A stretch of DNA of 63,508 nt, counting the filler, from Paramecium tetraurelia (lineage: Eukaryota): NCBI GenBank assembly GCA_000165425.1. It is 5 parts of 5 records of this genome, joined end to end, with 100 filler letters (N's around TTAATTAATTAA, not from the genome) between each part and the next. Parts side by side here need not be neighbours in the genome. Positions count along the whole stretch, not along the records: positions 1 to 3,962 come from CT868086.1; positions 4,063 to 30,254 come from CT868087.1; 3 more parts are not named here. The stretch is one strand, 5' to 3'. Below, in pieces: positions 1 through 13,400 of the stretch. Position 1 is the first letter of the stretch. The number at the start of each line of letters is the position of its first letter. The notes beneath the pieces are model-generated. The model worked only from the letters and a program-made list of their open reading frames with translations, was not told where the DNA came from and did no database searches. The translations under genes and the position numbers were made by a program.

Positions 1-603
1 CCTCCTAAAAAGTTAACGAGGCATTAATTTAAATTAACAATACCCAAAGTAGCAGGATTTCTATTTACTTTAGTGCATATATACGGAGTTCTAAATGAAT
101 GCTGGAAGGTAATTTCATTTAGATAGAATGGATAAAGGAGTTCATTCTCTTCGTGATAAGGCACAAAATAGACACTTTTAAATTAATCCATAGCCATATC
201 ACCACATTATTATGGAACCATTCTCTTGCAGAATAGGAGAAAGCATTCATTATAAGGACAAAGATTCGTATTCATAAATAATTTAAGTTTCATTAACTTT
301 TGCAAGTAATGATTGTATTTTTCATTTAAAATTTAAGATTTATAGTCACTTAAAAAAAGTTCAACAAGTTTGTACAAATTTTGTTTGTGCATAGAATGTA
401 ATAGAATCGTAGTGTACATCGGAAGTGTAAGATGTGATGTTTCTAAAACTTGATGAAATCATTAGAGCATAATACAGAGAAAATTTTGGAGTAACAAGTA
501 TTTTACTTGTTTCATGATATTCTATTACTTGGAAGCAATCGTTTGCAAGATTTGCAATCGCAACCATATATTGCTGGGATGTGGCAAAATCATAGGATTT
601 CAT
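1..603 (-). pseudogene. Probable decayed/frameshifted coding sequence of unknown function, running off the window start
   Basis: TGA-free frame of ~110 codons at 1-~345 (LNEKYNHYLQKLMKLKLFMNTNLCPYNECF...). A second open frame at 361-603+ is offset near a T-run at ~352-358. No motif recognised. Confidence 0.3.
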
Positions 604-2474
604 GCGAAGCTAATTCAATGTGTAGATTTTATTAATTTTGAAGGTAAAAAAAGTGATACCTTAAAATACTTGAACAATGTCATTTTGTTTTACTGAAATT
701 AAATATAACGTAACTGAGAAGTACAAATTCTTTGAAATAAAAGTCGACTTATTCTTTAAGAGAAGTGATATCATGAGCAATATGTTTGAATCACTTACAC
801 TGTTCTGTACAATTAAATTTTGCTACTCTATTTCGATTTGAGTAAAGGAGATTATTCATCAATTTATACTGAGGAGATTTCTCTACATCTAAAAATTTAA
901 TTACTGCGCTTCCATTTTATTATTTGATAGAACATCGTCATAATCTTTTTTCACATTTTGCCTTTTTCTCCTTACTTTTATCAAAATATTTTGAATTGAC
1001 TTGTCAGTAGAGTTACAGCGTTTTTCTTACATTTCTTCTCTGTCATATAAAACTTTAGTTAAACATTAAGTACCTCTGTATTTAATGTATGGATTTCAGT
1101 TTCATATATTTTAGCATTAAAACTTATCCTAAGATACTCATCTTACTATATTGCAATCTGATTAACAACAATTTTTTGAAATCACTCATTTAAATAATGT
1201 ACTCTCAAAGTGGATACTTTAATTTTCGTTAATAGTCGTATGTGTCATAAAACATGATTTTAAATGGACTAATAACCTCAAACTAAATGGATAAATTGCT
1301 CTATGCATTTTCATCTACTTTTGGAGTATGCATAGCAATCCAGAAATATGCTAAAATCTTAATATCTAGATAATCATAGCTCTGTAGATTATCTTGCGCA
1401 TAAAAGAATAATTGAGGTATTTAGGTAATATTGTTTTAGAAATACAAAAATCATTATATTTTCTATTAAATAAATTTTAAATTTGGAGCATAGCCAAGTA
1501 GAAAAGCAATGATATTAGATGAGATGGTTTAAATCCATCAATACAGCTAATAATCATCTAAACTGGTTTTGATTAGTATTTGCTCAATCATTCCATTTGT
1601 ATAATTTTTTTACTAATTCCATGAAAAGATTGTGCTTATTAGGTTTATAACTTTAGCTATATTTTTATATATCACTATATAATCATAATTAATGCATTAA
1701 AAATTAGGTTTTATGATAACTATCAAGTGTAAAAGCATTTTACTTCTCTAATATGCTCTTAATTATCTATGACCTAATCCAGGTTAATCCCTAGTTTCTT
1801 CTCTGAGATCTAGGATACCGGCAAAAACTATTTCACAATCCAGCACATATGCTAATCAAGAAATCCTGCCTAGCTGATTTACTCCCTGATAAAAATGTTG
1901 ACCTATCAATATTCAACAATCCTTAAGTCCAAAATTAATAAATTAACCAAGTATTGAATTCTTCACCAACAAATCACCGAATCGCTTTGTAAGGTATCTT
2001 TTGGTAGATAATTTAAATTTGTATTAACTATACCATTTAGAAATCCAAAAGACTAATCATTTACATCTAGAATAGAAATAATTATTTTTCTATCTGCACT
2101 TAGGGACATATAATCGGTGGCCGTTGTGTNNNNNNNNNNNNNNNNNNNNNNNNNNNNNNNNNNNNNNNNNNNNNNNNNNNNNNNNNNNNNNNNNNNNNNN
2201 NNNNNNNNNNNNNNNNNNNNNNNNNNNNNNNNNNNNNNNNNNNNNNNNNNNNNNNNNNNNNNNNNNNNNNNNNNNNNNNNNNNNNNNNNNNNNNNNNNNN
2301 NNNNNNNNNNNNNNNNNNNNNNNNNNNNNNNNNNNNNNNNNNNNNNNNNNNNNNNNNNNNNNNNNNNNNNNNNNNNNNNNNNNNNNNNNNNNNNNNNNNN
2401 NNNNNNNNNNNNNNNNNNNNNNNNNNNNNNNNNNNNNNNNNNNNNNNNNNNNNNNNNNNNNNNNNNNNNNNNNN

Positions 2475-2740
2475 TCTATTTATCTTTTCCTTCATGCACA
2501 TTTATCTATATTCTAACTACAATTAATATAATTATTATAGCACTAACTAACACTCTTTAGATTATCGAATTCATCCAGAGGTGAAGCATTCAATAAGCTG
2601 TTAATTGAAGTGCAATATTATTTGACTGAAAATTGTATAATTACATTACTAATCTGTAATGTTTTGATGTATGCTTGAGTAGTTGTAACGTAATATCATT
2701 TAATAATAAACACAAGTGCATGAAGGAAAAAATAAATAGA
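2475..2740. repeat. 25-bp inverted repeat pair (2475-2499 / 2716-2740)
   Basis: TCTATTTATCTTTTCCTTCATGCAC vs GTGCATGAAGGAAAAAATAAATAGA, 24/25 reverse-complement match. The left arm abuts an N gap. Confidence 0.8.
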
Positions 2741-3962
2741 AACTAAGTGATAATTTTACTAACATAATAAACTAAAAAGTTAAGGCATATATTTTTTATA
2801 AGAAAATGAGGGCATCACTACTTTCAAAAGATGATGAACGTTTCTTTGGTTTATGAACTGAGAATTGCAAAGTTGCAACATCAATTATAAAGGCGATATC
2901 AAGTGATGTAACAACCATAATGGGAGTATACTTGAAAAGAAAAGTCTCATGATTTTTGAACTTCATCACAAGCATTTTTTGGTTTATTTTTGCATTATGA
3001 AGATGTTGATAATAAATTCGAGCCCAAAACTTAAAGGTAGTAAGTGATATTGTGGCAAAGAGCATTGTTAAATTTATAAAAAATAAAAGCAATAAGTCAC
3101 ATAAGTTTGGCATATTGTGCTATTATTACCTGAAAGTATGGCAATTTAATATTAAAATTGAGAACACGAAATTAATTAAGCAATGATGTTTCTCCCTCAT
3201 CACATATATTTAAATTTAGGAGGAAATTTTGGAAAAAAATAGTTACCCCTGAGATCTTTCTGGCTAATGACATAATACAAATGAATGGAGGAATAAACTA
3301 TACAGAATTAGGTAATGATAGCTAAAGGAGATTAATTTTGAGTTCAATCTGAAACAAGTACATAACAGAAAGATGCAAGGTTTAAATGTATATCTATGTG
3401 AAACTATTAATACATATAGAGACCGACTTCAGCCAATAATTAATGTAGGAATGCAACAGAAATATGTAGGTTTCAGAAATTTTTGTACAAATTTTTATAA
3501 TACTGCCTTTATTACTCTAAGATGAATTTAAACTATGAGAAATGAAGTTATTCATCATAAATCGTTGTTGTTTAAGAATTAAAATTATCATAATCCATTT
3601 CAGGTGTATAGTGTTTATCAACTAAACCTCACAACTTAGTTTGTTTCAATCATAAGTGCATTGATTAAGAAAGAATCAGTAGCAGAATAAAAAGCTTGGC
3701 AGAATTGTATTTAGTTCATTTTTTTATAGAAAACTCAGTTGACTTGCACGTAGTAAGGCAGGTTTAAATGTTATCTGAACTTGCTTTAAACTCTTATAAT
3801 TAAAAAACAAAGAAGCAAAAAAAGTTAATTTAGTGGTTTAATTTTAGCAATCTTAGACTTTTCTCAAAATTAAGAATGAATAAAATTGGGAGTTTTTGGA
3901 TGGGGATTCAAAGAATATTTCCATTACAGAGCGTTTTTGAATGCAGATCTAAATTATTAACA

Positions 3963-4062
3963 NNNNNNNNNNNNNNNNNNNNNNNNNNNNNNNNNNNNNN
4001 NNNNNNTTAATTAATTAANNNNNNNNNNNNNNNNNNNNNNNNNNNNNNNNNNNNNNNNNNNN
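3963..4062. other. Artificial scaffold linker (N-TTAATTAATTAA-N)
   Basis: Identical 100-nt cassette seen four times in the window. Confidence 0.97.
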
Positions 4063-4330
4063 CATTAGAAATGTTTTCATCTACGTAGCGATAGAATAAG
4101 ATAAAAAGACTTTCCACCATAGATTGCGAATATTTGGTTTTGTGATATTAGACATTATTAATTTCATTTTTATTGAATAATTTTATATTTACATTTAATC
4201 TTTTTAGTTTATTACTACTAAATACTATATAAAAAAGAGATTATGATCTGGAAAATTAGAAAGTTTTATTTTTTAATCAAAATATTTAAGGATTTAATTG
4301 AGATTTGAAATAAATATTATTTGATTAAAA

Positions 4331-5600
4331 ATGAGTGCTTAACATAAAAAGCTTTTCGAACTTAAACAAAAACAAGGAGTAGTCTCCTTTAATAGAAGTT
4401 CTCACATATTGCTTCCATTAAGTTCTCTGAAATCACAACAAACAATTTCAGATGTTTAGGTTCAACTAGGCTCCCTTAGAACCCTCCCCGATATTAACTC
4501 AAGTCCTAAGATTGAAACCCAATCGAAATGGTCAAAATTATAAAAAATTTCCTAAACTTTCAGATCCCCAAATAGGAACCTCGTAATGCCTGCTAAAAGG
4601 AGTTCCATATAGAGAATGTCAATTTCATAGTAGTTTAAAAATGTGGTTAAATTTACAAGTTCAATGTACGAATTTCAAATAAATCATAGATAATTTGATG
4701 GTCTTGATGCAGCCAAGAATATTGTCAAAAACAGCGATGCAGTAGTGGTGAAGATGTAAAAGACCCAGAACATTGACTATCTAGCAGTAGGATTAGGAAA
4801 TAGTCATGGTAACCAGGGTTTAAATTTTTCGAAAATAATCACTCATTGTGCATTAGACTAAATAGTGCATGCCATCAACGTCATACCCATAATTGGATTG
4901 GGGTTGTAAATACAATAAAGTTTCTAAAATATCTACTAGAAAGTGGAACAAAATCTGGTAAATATCCATTTTTAACTTTTAGATAGAGTAAACCGATTTT
5001 GATGTAAAGAACAATGGGTGTTCATTATTATCACTGATTGTTGTCAATAATACCATATACTGTGCCAATTTAGGGGATTCCAAGGCTGCCTTTTTCTATA
5101 GAAAAGATTTTGATCCGAGTGGACCAAAAGAAATCAGAAAGTTTGTCTAGAAGAATTTAAATTTTGTTCATGACACGAACAATAGTAAAGAGGTGCAAAG
5201 GATATTAAACAAAGGTGGCAAAATAGATTAAGCAGTATACAAAGGGAAGAAAGTGTGGGAATTTGAAGGTGTGGGTACTAAATAAAATTAACCTGGTGTC
5301 AAATTGACAAGATGTTTTGGTAATTTGATTGGCAAGACAGTTGGAATGAGTGCTGAACCAGAGTTTTCAGAGTTTAAGGTTCCTAAATCAGGATACTTAT
5401 TGATTGGATCAACAGGATTATGGGAAATCTTGGATGTTTTAGTCATCGATTAAATTTTAGATGCTCATTTTCCTCCAACTTGCTAGGAGGACATTGATTT
5501 AGCAATAAAATAGATAGGTGACCAAACAAAAAAATATTGGGATTAAGATGGAGAAGGCTTAATTGATATCTCTCTAATTTTGATTTATATATAAATGTGA
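4331..5600 (+). CDS. PP2C/PPM-fold protein with degenerate metal-binding motifs (probable pseudophosphatase)
   Basis: ATG 4331, intron 4958-4982, TGA 5598-5600. CANLGDSKA, EVQRILNKGG, LTRCFGNLIG, AEPE and IGSTGLWE occur in PP2C order. Confidence 0.85.
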
Positions 5601-5648
5601 TATTTATATATAATTATGATTGACAAAGATACTTCACCCACTTCTATT

Positions 5649-7168
5649 TCAACGAAACCTATCTTCTTAGTAAACCTCCTAATAAGGCATCTAATCAAAC
5701 TTTTGATTCTCAAAATATTTGTCCACACTTTCCCTATCTAATCCTTTCGTTTCAATCACTTTCTATTGGATGATCAAGTAACTAGTATGCTAATTAAACT
5801 GTAAAGATACGCTGCAAAGTTAAATATGGAGAATATGCCAAAACAATAGGATATATCGTATGATGCTATAATCGGAAACATCTAGGCTACTAATCCTCCC
5901 GACATCCAATTCATTAAACTACTGGCACTCACTCCCAAATCTGGCAATATTTCAGTCAAATAAATAAATAATAATGGGCCCAAGGAGAATCCAAAACCAA
6001 ATAGATAGGAGAATATACAAATCACTATCAAATACGATCCATATGATGTATCCCCTATGCTATTGGACATTACAAATGTCAGCATCAATAAACTTACACA
6101 GCACCATAGGGTTCCATATTTTTAAGAATTGGCTTTCTAATTTATAATTTCTTATTAATCATACCTTCCAAATTACTCGATTATTACAGTTGGCTAATAA
6201 GGCTGTAAACACTCCAATAAAGCCAACTATTAAATTTAAATAAAACACTTTCTTTGCTGCTTGGCCAGTCACCTAAGTTGATTCATATAGTATATACTTA
6301 ATCAAATATAGAAGAAGAATAAAACATAATCCCATTTATGCCTCCTAACTGTTGTAAAGAAGCAAGAGAAATTCCGATAATCAATCGACTTCTGTACTTT
6401 GAAGATAGTAATTGATTTATAGTCATACTCCTTTCTGTTGATTTTTGTGATTATTAAAATTATTCATACATTTTCTCTGCTTTTTCTTCGTATATCATTT
6501 CCACAACTTTATGTAATTGCTAACTTTGTTTTGATTTTATTGATACTTTAAATGATGTTTAGCGCAATATACAGGTGTTTCATATTTAAACACAGTTGAC
6601 AATGCACTAGCTCTTATTATACAAGGTATCATAGGTAGATACAGCATCAATTTATAAAATGGGATAGGCAATGATGCATCTGAAAATGAGGACATCAAAA
6701 ATGTAGTCAATATTCCTAAAGTTATAAATAGTTGATTCATTGTTCCCAAGATGCCTGCTTTCTCCTTTGGTGACATCTCGTTTATATAAACAGGTACTAG
6801 GACTCCATTAAGTCCTAATACAAGTCCGACAAAGAACCGAGAAGCCAATAGTAAGTATCTGCTCTCATCCATGAATGCTATCATTATTGCCATCATTCCA
6901 AAGACATCGGTTATCTGGAGACACTTTCTCCTGGAAAACAAGCCCATCAATATTGATGCTGATATGGAACCTACTCCTCCTCCTATGGTTAATAGGGCTG
7001 AACGAAAACGGATATAATTTTACATTGCATCAGACCTTTGGTAAAAGTATCATCAATTTTATAGACATTATATACTTCTGTACTAATCACATTCATCTGA
7101 CCCAAACAGAACCCCATAAATAAACTACCCAAACAGCAATTCAGAATTATGAGCAATAATTTATTCAT
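5649..7168 (-). CDS. MFS sugar (hexose) transporter
   Basis: [60 protein letters not shown] and IETKG motifs. Multiple TM segments and tiny introns. Confidence 0.92.
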
Positions 7169-7175
7169 TAAAATA

Positions 7176-8080
7176 ATGTATACTAATTAAAGTGTGTATA
7201 TTCCAAAGGCAATCGGTGTTAAAGAATATGCTTATGATGAAGAGATTAATATACCATACAGATAATAGATGGAAGATTGTATGGACTGAATTTCATTTAG
7301 TTTATTTTATCAAGGACAATATTTTAGAAGATGGGAGTCAATCTATTTTATTCGGAATCATGGATGGTCATGGAGGATAAACTGTTGCTAAGTTTGTATC
7401 CACTAACTTCCCCAAAGTTTAACATTCATTAACTATCCCAAGGTTTTTCTTCAGTTACACAAACAAAAGCAAAGACCATTTGATAAATTACTTTAGGATA
7501 CATTTGAAAAAGTATAAAAAAACTCATTTTAAGGTCAATGAATTGGTTAAATAAGAATGCAACTCAAATGAGATGGGCTCAACAGCTAGCATAGGCTTTA
7601 TGAGACTTGAAGGAGCCAAAAGGGTGTTATATTTTGCAAATGTGGGAGATTCTAGAGCATTTCTATTTGGCGATTAAGTAGTCCCATTAACCACCGACCA
7701 CAAACCTAATAAATAGGGGGAGAGAGCACGCATACTAAAGCATTAGGGAACAGTCTTAATGGATCGTTTAAATGGAATTTTAGCAATATCAAGAGCTTTC
7801 GGAGATCACAGCTTTACTTAATATGGATTAACTTGCACTCCAGATTAAGTTAGAGTAGAATTGAGACTTTCTCATAAGTGGGTGGTTGTAGCATCAGATG
7901 GTTTGTGGGATGTCGTCAATGAATAGGTATCAAAATGATTTTTGATTTCAATAGGAATTGTTATAGTTCATTAGATACAAAGAATCTGCTGATGAAGTCA
8001 CTAAATTCTTATAGAAATTAGCACAAAAAAGATAGTCAAAAGACAATGTATCAATTTTGTGCCTAAAAATTCAAATTTGA
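7176..8080 (+). CDS. Protein phosphatase 2C (intact catalytic motifs)
   Basis: MED, GIMDGHGG, ANVGDSRA, DHKP, LAISRAFGD, ASDGLWDV and DNVS. Four short introns; TGA 8078-8080. Confidence 0.95.
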
Positions 8081-8772
8081 TTTATATAATATATTTAGTA
8101 TCAATTAATTTCAATATATATCTGATAAATAGTAAATTAAATATTTTTGCTATAATTTTATAGGAATATTCAAGTTTATGAACTATCTTTTAATCCAAAT
8201 AGGCATTTAAGTATGTTCATTTATTTTGTCTTTTGATTTTACATCTATCAAACTTGAATCAATCTGTTAATTTTAATGAAGATCGAAACTCAGATTGAAT
8301 ATTACATACCAAAATAAACTTTTTAGTAATTATTATTTAAATAAATTCTTATTTCTAAATACTTTTGTTATTTTGCTTCTAATCTTCAATACTTTAACGA
8401 TTATTTGATATTACATAGCGATATATTTCTTTATTCAAGACTGATGTATTTCTATAATACTAAATGCATATTTGATGATGATAGGAATATTCAAATATCC
8501 TTCATTTACAAGTAGCTTATAATGATATATAATGGTTATCGTAATCAACATCTTAAAAAATTCTAAACGATTGTAGATGTTTCCGTTTCAATACACTTAT
8601 CCTCGTTTGATTCATAAATAGAATGAATATAGAATTTAATATTGAATGTGATTTTAATAAATATTCTGCTCTAACATTATTATATAGATAGTTTATAGAT
8701 AATATGTAATATGGAATTTTAATAATATATATAAGTTTTTTGGAATATCCACATTAAATTATTTGACTCGAA

Positions 8773-10332
8773 ATGTTAAAATTTGTTAAAACACCAAAAT
8801 ATGCTCGTTGGATAAAACTTGGAATGATAGGATTCTCTATCTTAGCAATCAGCCTCTCCATTGTATTTTTGGTTAACATTATTACTCCTTTTGGAAGATT
8901 GACAATATCTTCTCCAGCAAATAGTTTCGTGGAATTAATCTTTTGTATTTTTGTCTCGATAAGCTTGATACTGAGATTAAATGATATAATGAATTATAAA
9001 CAATAAGTACCGTATAAAATTGGACTGGAGATTATTATTGCTGCAATAGGAATACTTTAACTAATAGATTTTATTTGCTGGTTCATTAATCCTGTTTCTG
9101 ATGTGCTGGCTGCCATTATCTGTTTATTTACATTTTTTATTGCAGGTTTTCATTTTGGGTTATGGATTCTCTAGAGAATTGAGAACAACAAGAAAGTATA
9201 AGAATTAGACGATCATTTGACATAATAAATTTAATATATTGAAAACTAGGGCTCCATCTAAATCCCATAAACTTCAAAATGTAAGTTAGTTCTAGAATAC
9301 ATTCTATATTCTTTTATGTTAGTCTTAGTAATCTTAAATACATGTTAAATAATTCATGAAGCCAATTATCCAAACAGTTTGGGTGAAGGTGAGTAATTTT
9401 ACACTGTTGAAAGTTAAGGTTATGATGTGAAAATCAGAACGTATTGTACTGGGGTTAAGAATTAACAATAGATTATTCTAGAGGCTGGAGGAGGTTCTGG
9501 TGGATGTGATTTTTCTGAAATACAAACTCAACTTTCCAAAAATTACAGAGTTTGTAGTTATGATAGAGCTGGATATGGAATGAGTTGGTAAGCAGCTGCC
9601 CCATAAAATTCTAAAAACGCTATGATAATTGTTCAATAAGTGATGGAGAAGGTGGGATTTAATACTTCAGTTCCAAATTCCATAATTTGTGTTGGTCATT
9701 CTGCTGGAGGATAGCTGTGTCGTTATTATGCATAATAAATGGCAAGCATAAAAGGTATTGTGTTATTAGATTCAGTGCCAGTAATGAATTGGTTTTACTT
9801 GGCAGGATAATGTTAGAATCAAACTGTAAGTTAAATTTATGCATAATAATAATCGACTTTACCTTTGATTAAGACTATGGCTTCCTTATGGCCTTTGTAT
9901 ATAATAACTCCATTCATGTCAAAGGGAGGATTTAAACCATCTAATCTATAAGGCTGGGTGAATTGGTAAATTACTACTACAAGGAATTGGTATTCGTAAT
10001 CACTTGGATATGCATCTGAACTTGAGGAATGTTAGGAATAATGCATGGAGTCATCAATCATAAATCCGGAGTCCATGATTGACAAGCCAATTATCGTTAT
10101 TACTGCTTCTAATTAATCAATAACTTGTGAGGATAGAAATTTAACAGGCACTGATTGTCAAAATTATTACTGCTAATAGAATGCCTCAATGAAATTAGCA
10201 GTCAATTAGTCGCTTCTTGGTAATGAAGTGAGCAAATATGTTGAATGCCCAGGTATTTGTAATCACGATTTTATATGGAAATAACCAGATTTTATAGTTT
10301 AACAAATTGAGTATTACATCCCACTATTTTGA
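8773..10332 (+). CDS. Alpha/beta hydrolase with N-terminal multi-pass membrane region
   Basis: About 5 hydrophobic helices, then ILEAGGG, VCSYDRAGYGMS, nucleophile elbow GHSAGG, VLLDS and a C-terminal His (NHDF). TGA 10330-10332; start codon uncertain. Confidence 0.88.
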
Positions 10333-10423
10333 TATGGTTATTTATAAATTATTCATTCTTATATTCAAGATAGTATTATTGTTTAAATGAGGAATATGAA
10401 ATAATGTAATAATGATATAATGC

Positions 10424-13400
10424 TCATTTCTATTTGCTATTTTTATAATCTTATCTTAGCTTTCTGTCTCTTCTCTAGATGATTTCAAGTCTAGTTTTTT
10501 CCCTATACTTTAGAGGTAATGCATATACTCTTAAGCTCCATCTAAATTATGATTCGACAATTCAATAAGGTCGGTTCTGAATCTGCAATCACTGGGCAAT
10601 GGGGATTCACTTTTGATGATATAGGCGGGATCTATCTTTTCCAAATCCCAATATTTGATTCCATCCCAACTAATGGATTCTAGCCAAGAACCTTCAACTT
10701 TGGATATTACTCTATTATGCTAAAACAAGGTCCCCCTATAAATGAAATGTAAATTAAATACTCAAAGTAATCAGTGGGCTTCTAATTTCTCCCAATTAAC
10801 ATACCTGCACCTTCAGAAAACTTGATATCACAAACAATGTCATTCTTCTGATCAACAAATTTGATACTGCCATACCATTCCAACAAGCGAGCACCATAAA
10901 TTAAACCACTGACTTTAGCAGGAGGCATACTAAATGTAATCCTTTATCCATCACTAAATTCTACGGCATTCTCCCCAACTTGATGACCAATAACAGCATT
11001 ATATCTCAATGCAGCCTAATACTCAAAGTGACCATAAAATCTATATTTCTTCCTGAAATGCTCAATATAGAAATGAGAGATAGGAGGATGGTGACTAGTA
11101 TGTTCAATGGAAATGGATGATCCATCTTACCATGAACCTTAGAATGTTTCACCTAAAATAGGATTAAATGGTTTCTTCTATCTGCCTCCATTGTATAGTC
11201 CAGCTATGATCATTGTGACAACAAGTTTAAACCTCTCTTTCTCATCTTGTTATCCTATAGCATACTCCATGTAAATAGGCATGAAACCCCAATAGTCACA
11301 TATCCTTTCAATCATGGATCTAGGTTCAAAAATACGAACAGGAAGTGAGAATGAAATGATATTTCGACCTTCAAATAGTTATCTGCCTGCCGATCTCATT
11401 AAATCTAATACCAATCCATCCTATGCCTTAGTTTCTTCCTTGTTGAAACATTCAATTCCTCCCTCTTTAAATCTTCTATATCCTGGAACTCGTTCTTCCA
11501 GTCTTTTGCTTTTGAGTTGCTATCCATTCTTCAATAATGTGATAGAATTTATTTATTCATCAAATCCTACAATAGACTTTGATTTCTGTCGAATATAGGT
11601 GGATGAGAGTTCACTTACAATGGATTGTTGGAACTAGTGGAATCTTTCTTCATCAATGGTTTATGAAATCAAGCTTAAGTTCTCTGCTTTGTTGTATAAG
11701 TATTTTTCCTAATTCAATTAATGATGCCAATTACCAATTCGGTTGTTATTTTGGAACACGTGATCTCACAATAATAATTAATTAGTCCTTTGCCTGAGAC
11801 CTTGGGAATTCTTTGAATTTCGTATGCTTCGAACATATTAAACTTGTTGTTTTCAGAATTCAAGATATCGACAATGAAGGAGCTACCATTGTTTATGATG
11901 AATCGATATCTCAATAGGTTCATTTGAATGATGACTGGTTTTGAGACGACTTACTTTTGTCTAATGGGATGTATTATAAAATGAACCTTAGCTCTTTTCT
12001 AATATAAATTAACAAATTTACAGTAAATTCTAATTCGTTGCTATCCTTTATTTTATTAATCTAAACAAAATTGCTGTCCAAGACCTTTTTAAACTTCAAG
12101 TTCTTAATTATTCTAAATGCCTTTGATGAATCTATGTCACAAACCATCCTCCCATAAACGCGTATGGTCTACGCCTTTTGCTTATTAAAATAAGAGGCAG
12201 ACAAGCCTGCAACCAGAAAAGCCATCAAAAACGGTAACCAATTAGGTTTCAGATAGACACTAATAGCGAATGCAATACTCAAAAGTAGATATAGCTTCCA
12301 ATTCAAGGTGCTTTTATTTTGGATAGGACTCTCGTATATTTTGACTCCATTTCTAAATTTGCGAAATTGCCATTGATGTTGTAAATCATCAAGAATTGTC
12401 AATATTTTATGTTTCGATAATTCCTAAGGGAGAGTGTCAGTCAATAGGTAGGTGTTAGTAACTACAAAAGAGGGTCGCTTTTCTGCTTATACTACTGCTG
12501 TTGTGGCTTGGGAGATCTCTTCACGCCATTGTTCAGTTTCATCCAGAGTCTCACCGCTGAAATAGAATTGTTTATTATTTTAGGCCTCCACCTCAATATA
12601 AAAGCAATGTTCCCTATCATCCAAAGTAGACATAGGTGAGATGTAGGCTTCCCTTAGATTGATGGCACCTCTGGGTACCTTATCATTTCTATCCTTAAAG
12701 TAAATTAAGGTTTGTCCATCTAAAACCAAATATCTCTGATTCCAATTGTAATCTATGGGTCCATCTCCTCGTTTCAAAATCATTCCTGCTTTTTTTCGCT
12801 GTATTTAGGGAGTTTTAGTTGGTGTTTATGAACTCGTAAGACTAACCTAGGATTATTTGACAGGAGTGGAGAATGTGGATTAGGATAGATTGGAGTAGTG
12901 CTTGAAGTACTTCTTCTTTAATCTAGATGTTGAATGATATAATATATTACTCTTTATACGAGGTCTTTTGTAAATCTTTGAGTGAGGTTATTTATTGAAA
13001 GAGATTCAATTTGACCTCTTGTTATTGCAAGAGAACTGTTTTATTCATTCTAAACAATTCAGAATCGTTCATGCTCTACCAAACATTGTAGGTGAGGAGC
13101 ATGGACTTGTAGAAATACAATATGTACTTTCTTATTATTTCTGTTAAGAATTATGCAATTACATTTGACTCTTCTCCATATTAATAGATATTGATTTCAA
13201 CATTCAAATTAACAGCAACAATGTTGGGACAGAATCGTTACCAATTATTCTTCTCCAAGATGCCAAAGTTGTCTCTCAATTTTCTCTCGACATCCTTTTC
13301 ATAGCCCTTAAAGTAATCCAACTCTTCTGCAACCACATCAATCACTTGAGCAGCTCTATTCGAATTTGGACTTACTTTGGCAATTACTGCCACCTCGATT

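Noticed and set aside
2100..2560. ORF-track entries full of X (also ~32028-32849, 37256-37791, 56084-56413, 60286-60859)
   Set aside because: Artefacts of translating N gaps
4007..4018. Palindromic TTAATTAATTAA recurring four times
   Set aside because: Always centred in an identical 100-nt N cassette, so it is an assembly linker. Genes across linkers are not neighbours.
8444..8626. ~60-codon + strand frame in the long intergenic region
   Set aside because: Too short, very AT-rich and without motifs; expected by chance with a single stop codon
11314..11785. + strand ORFs inside the OSBP gene (similarly 24918-25157, 28917-29186, 29357-29620)
   Set aside because: Antisense or alternative-frame shadows of well-supported genes
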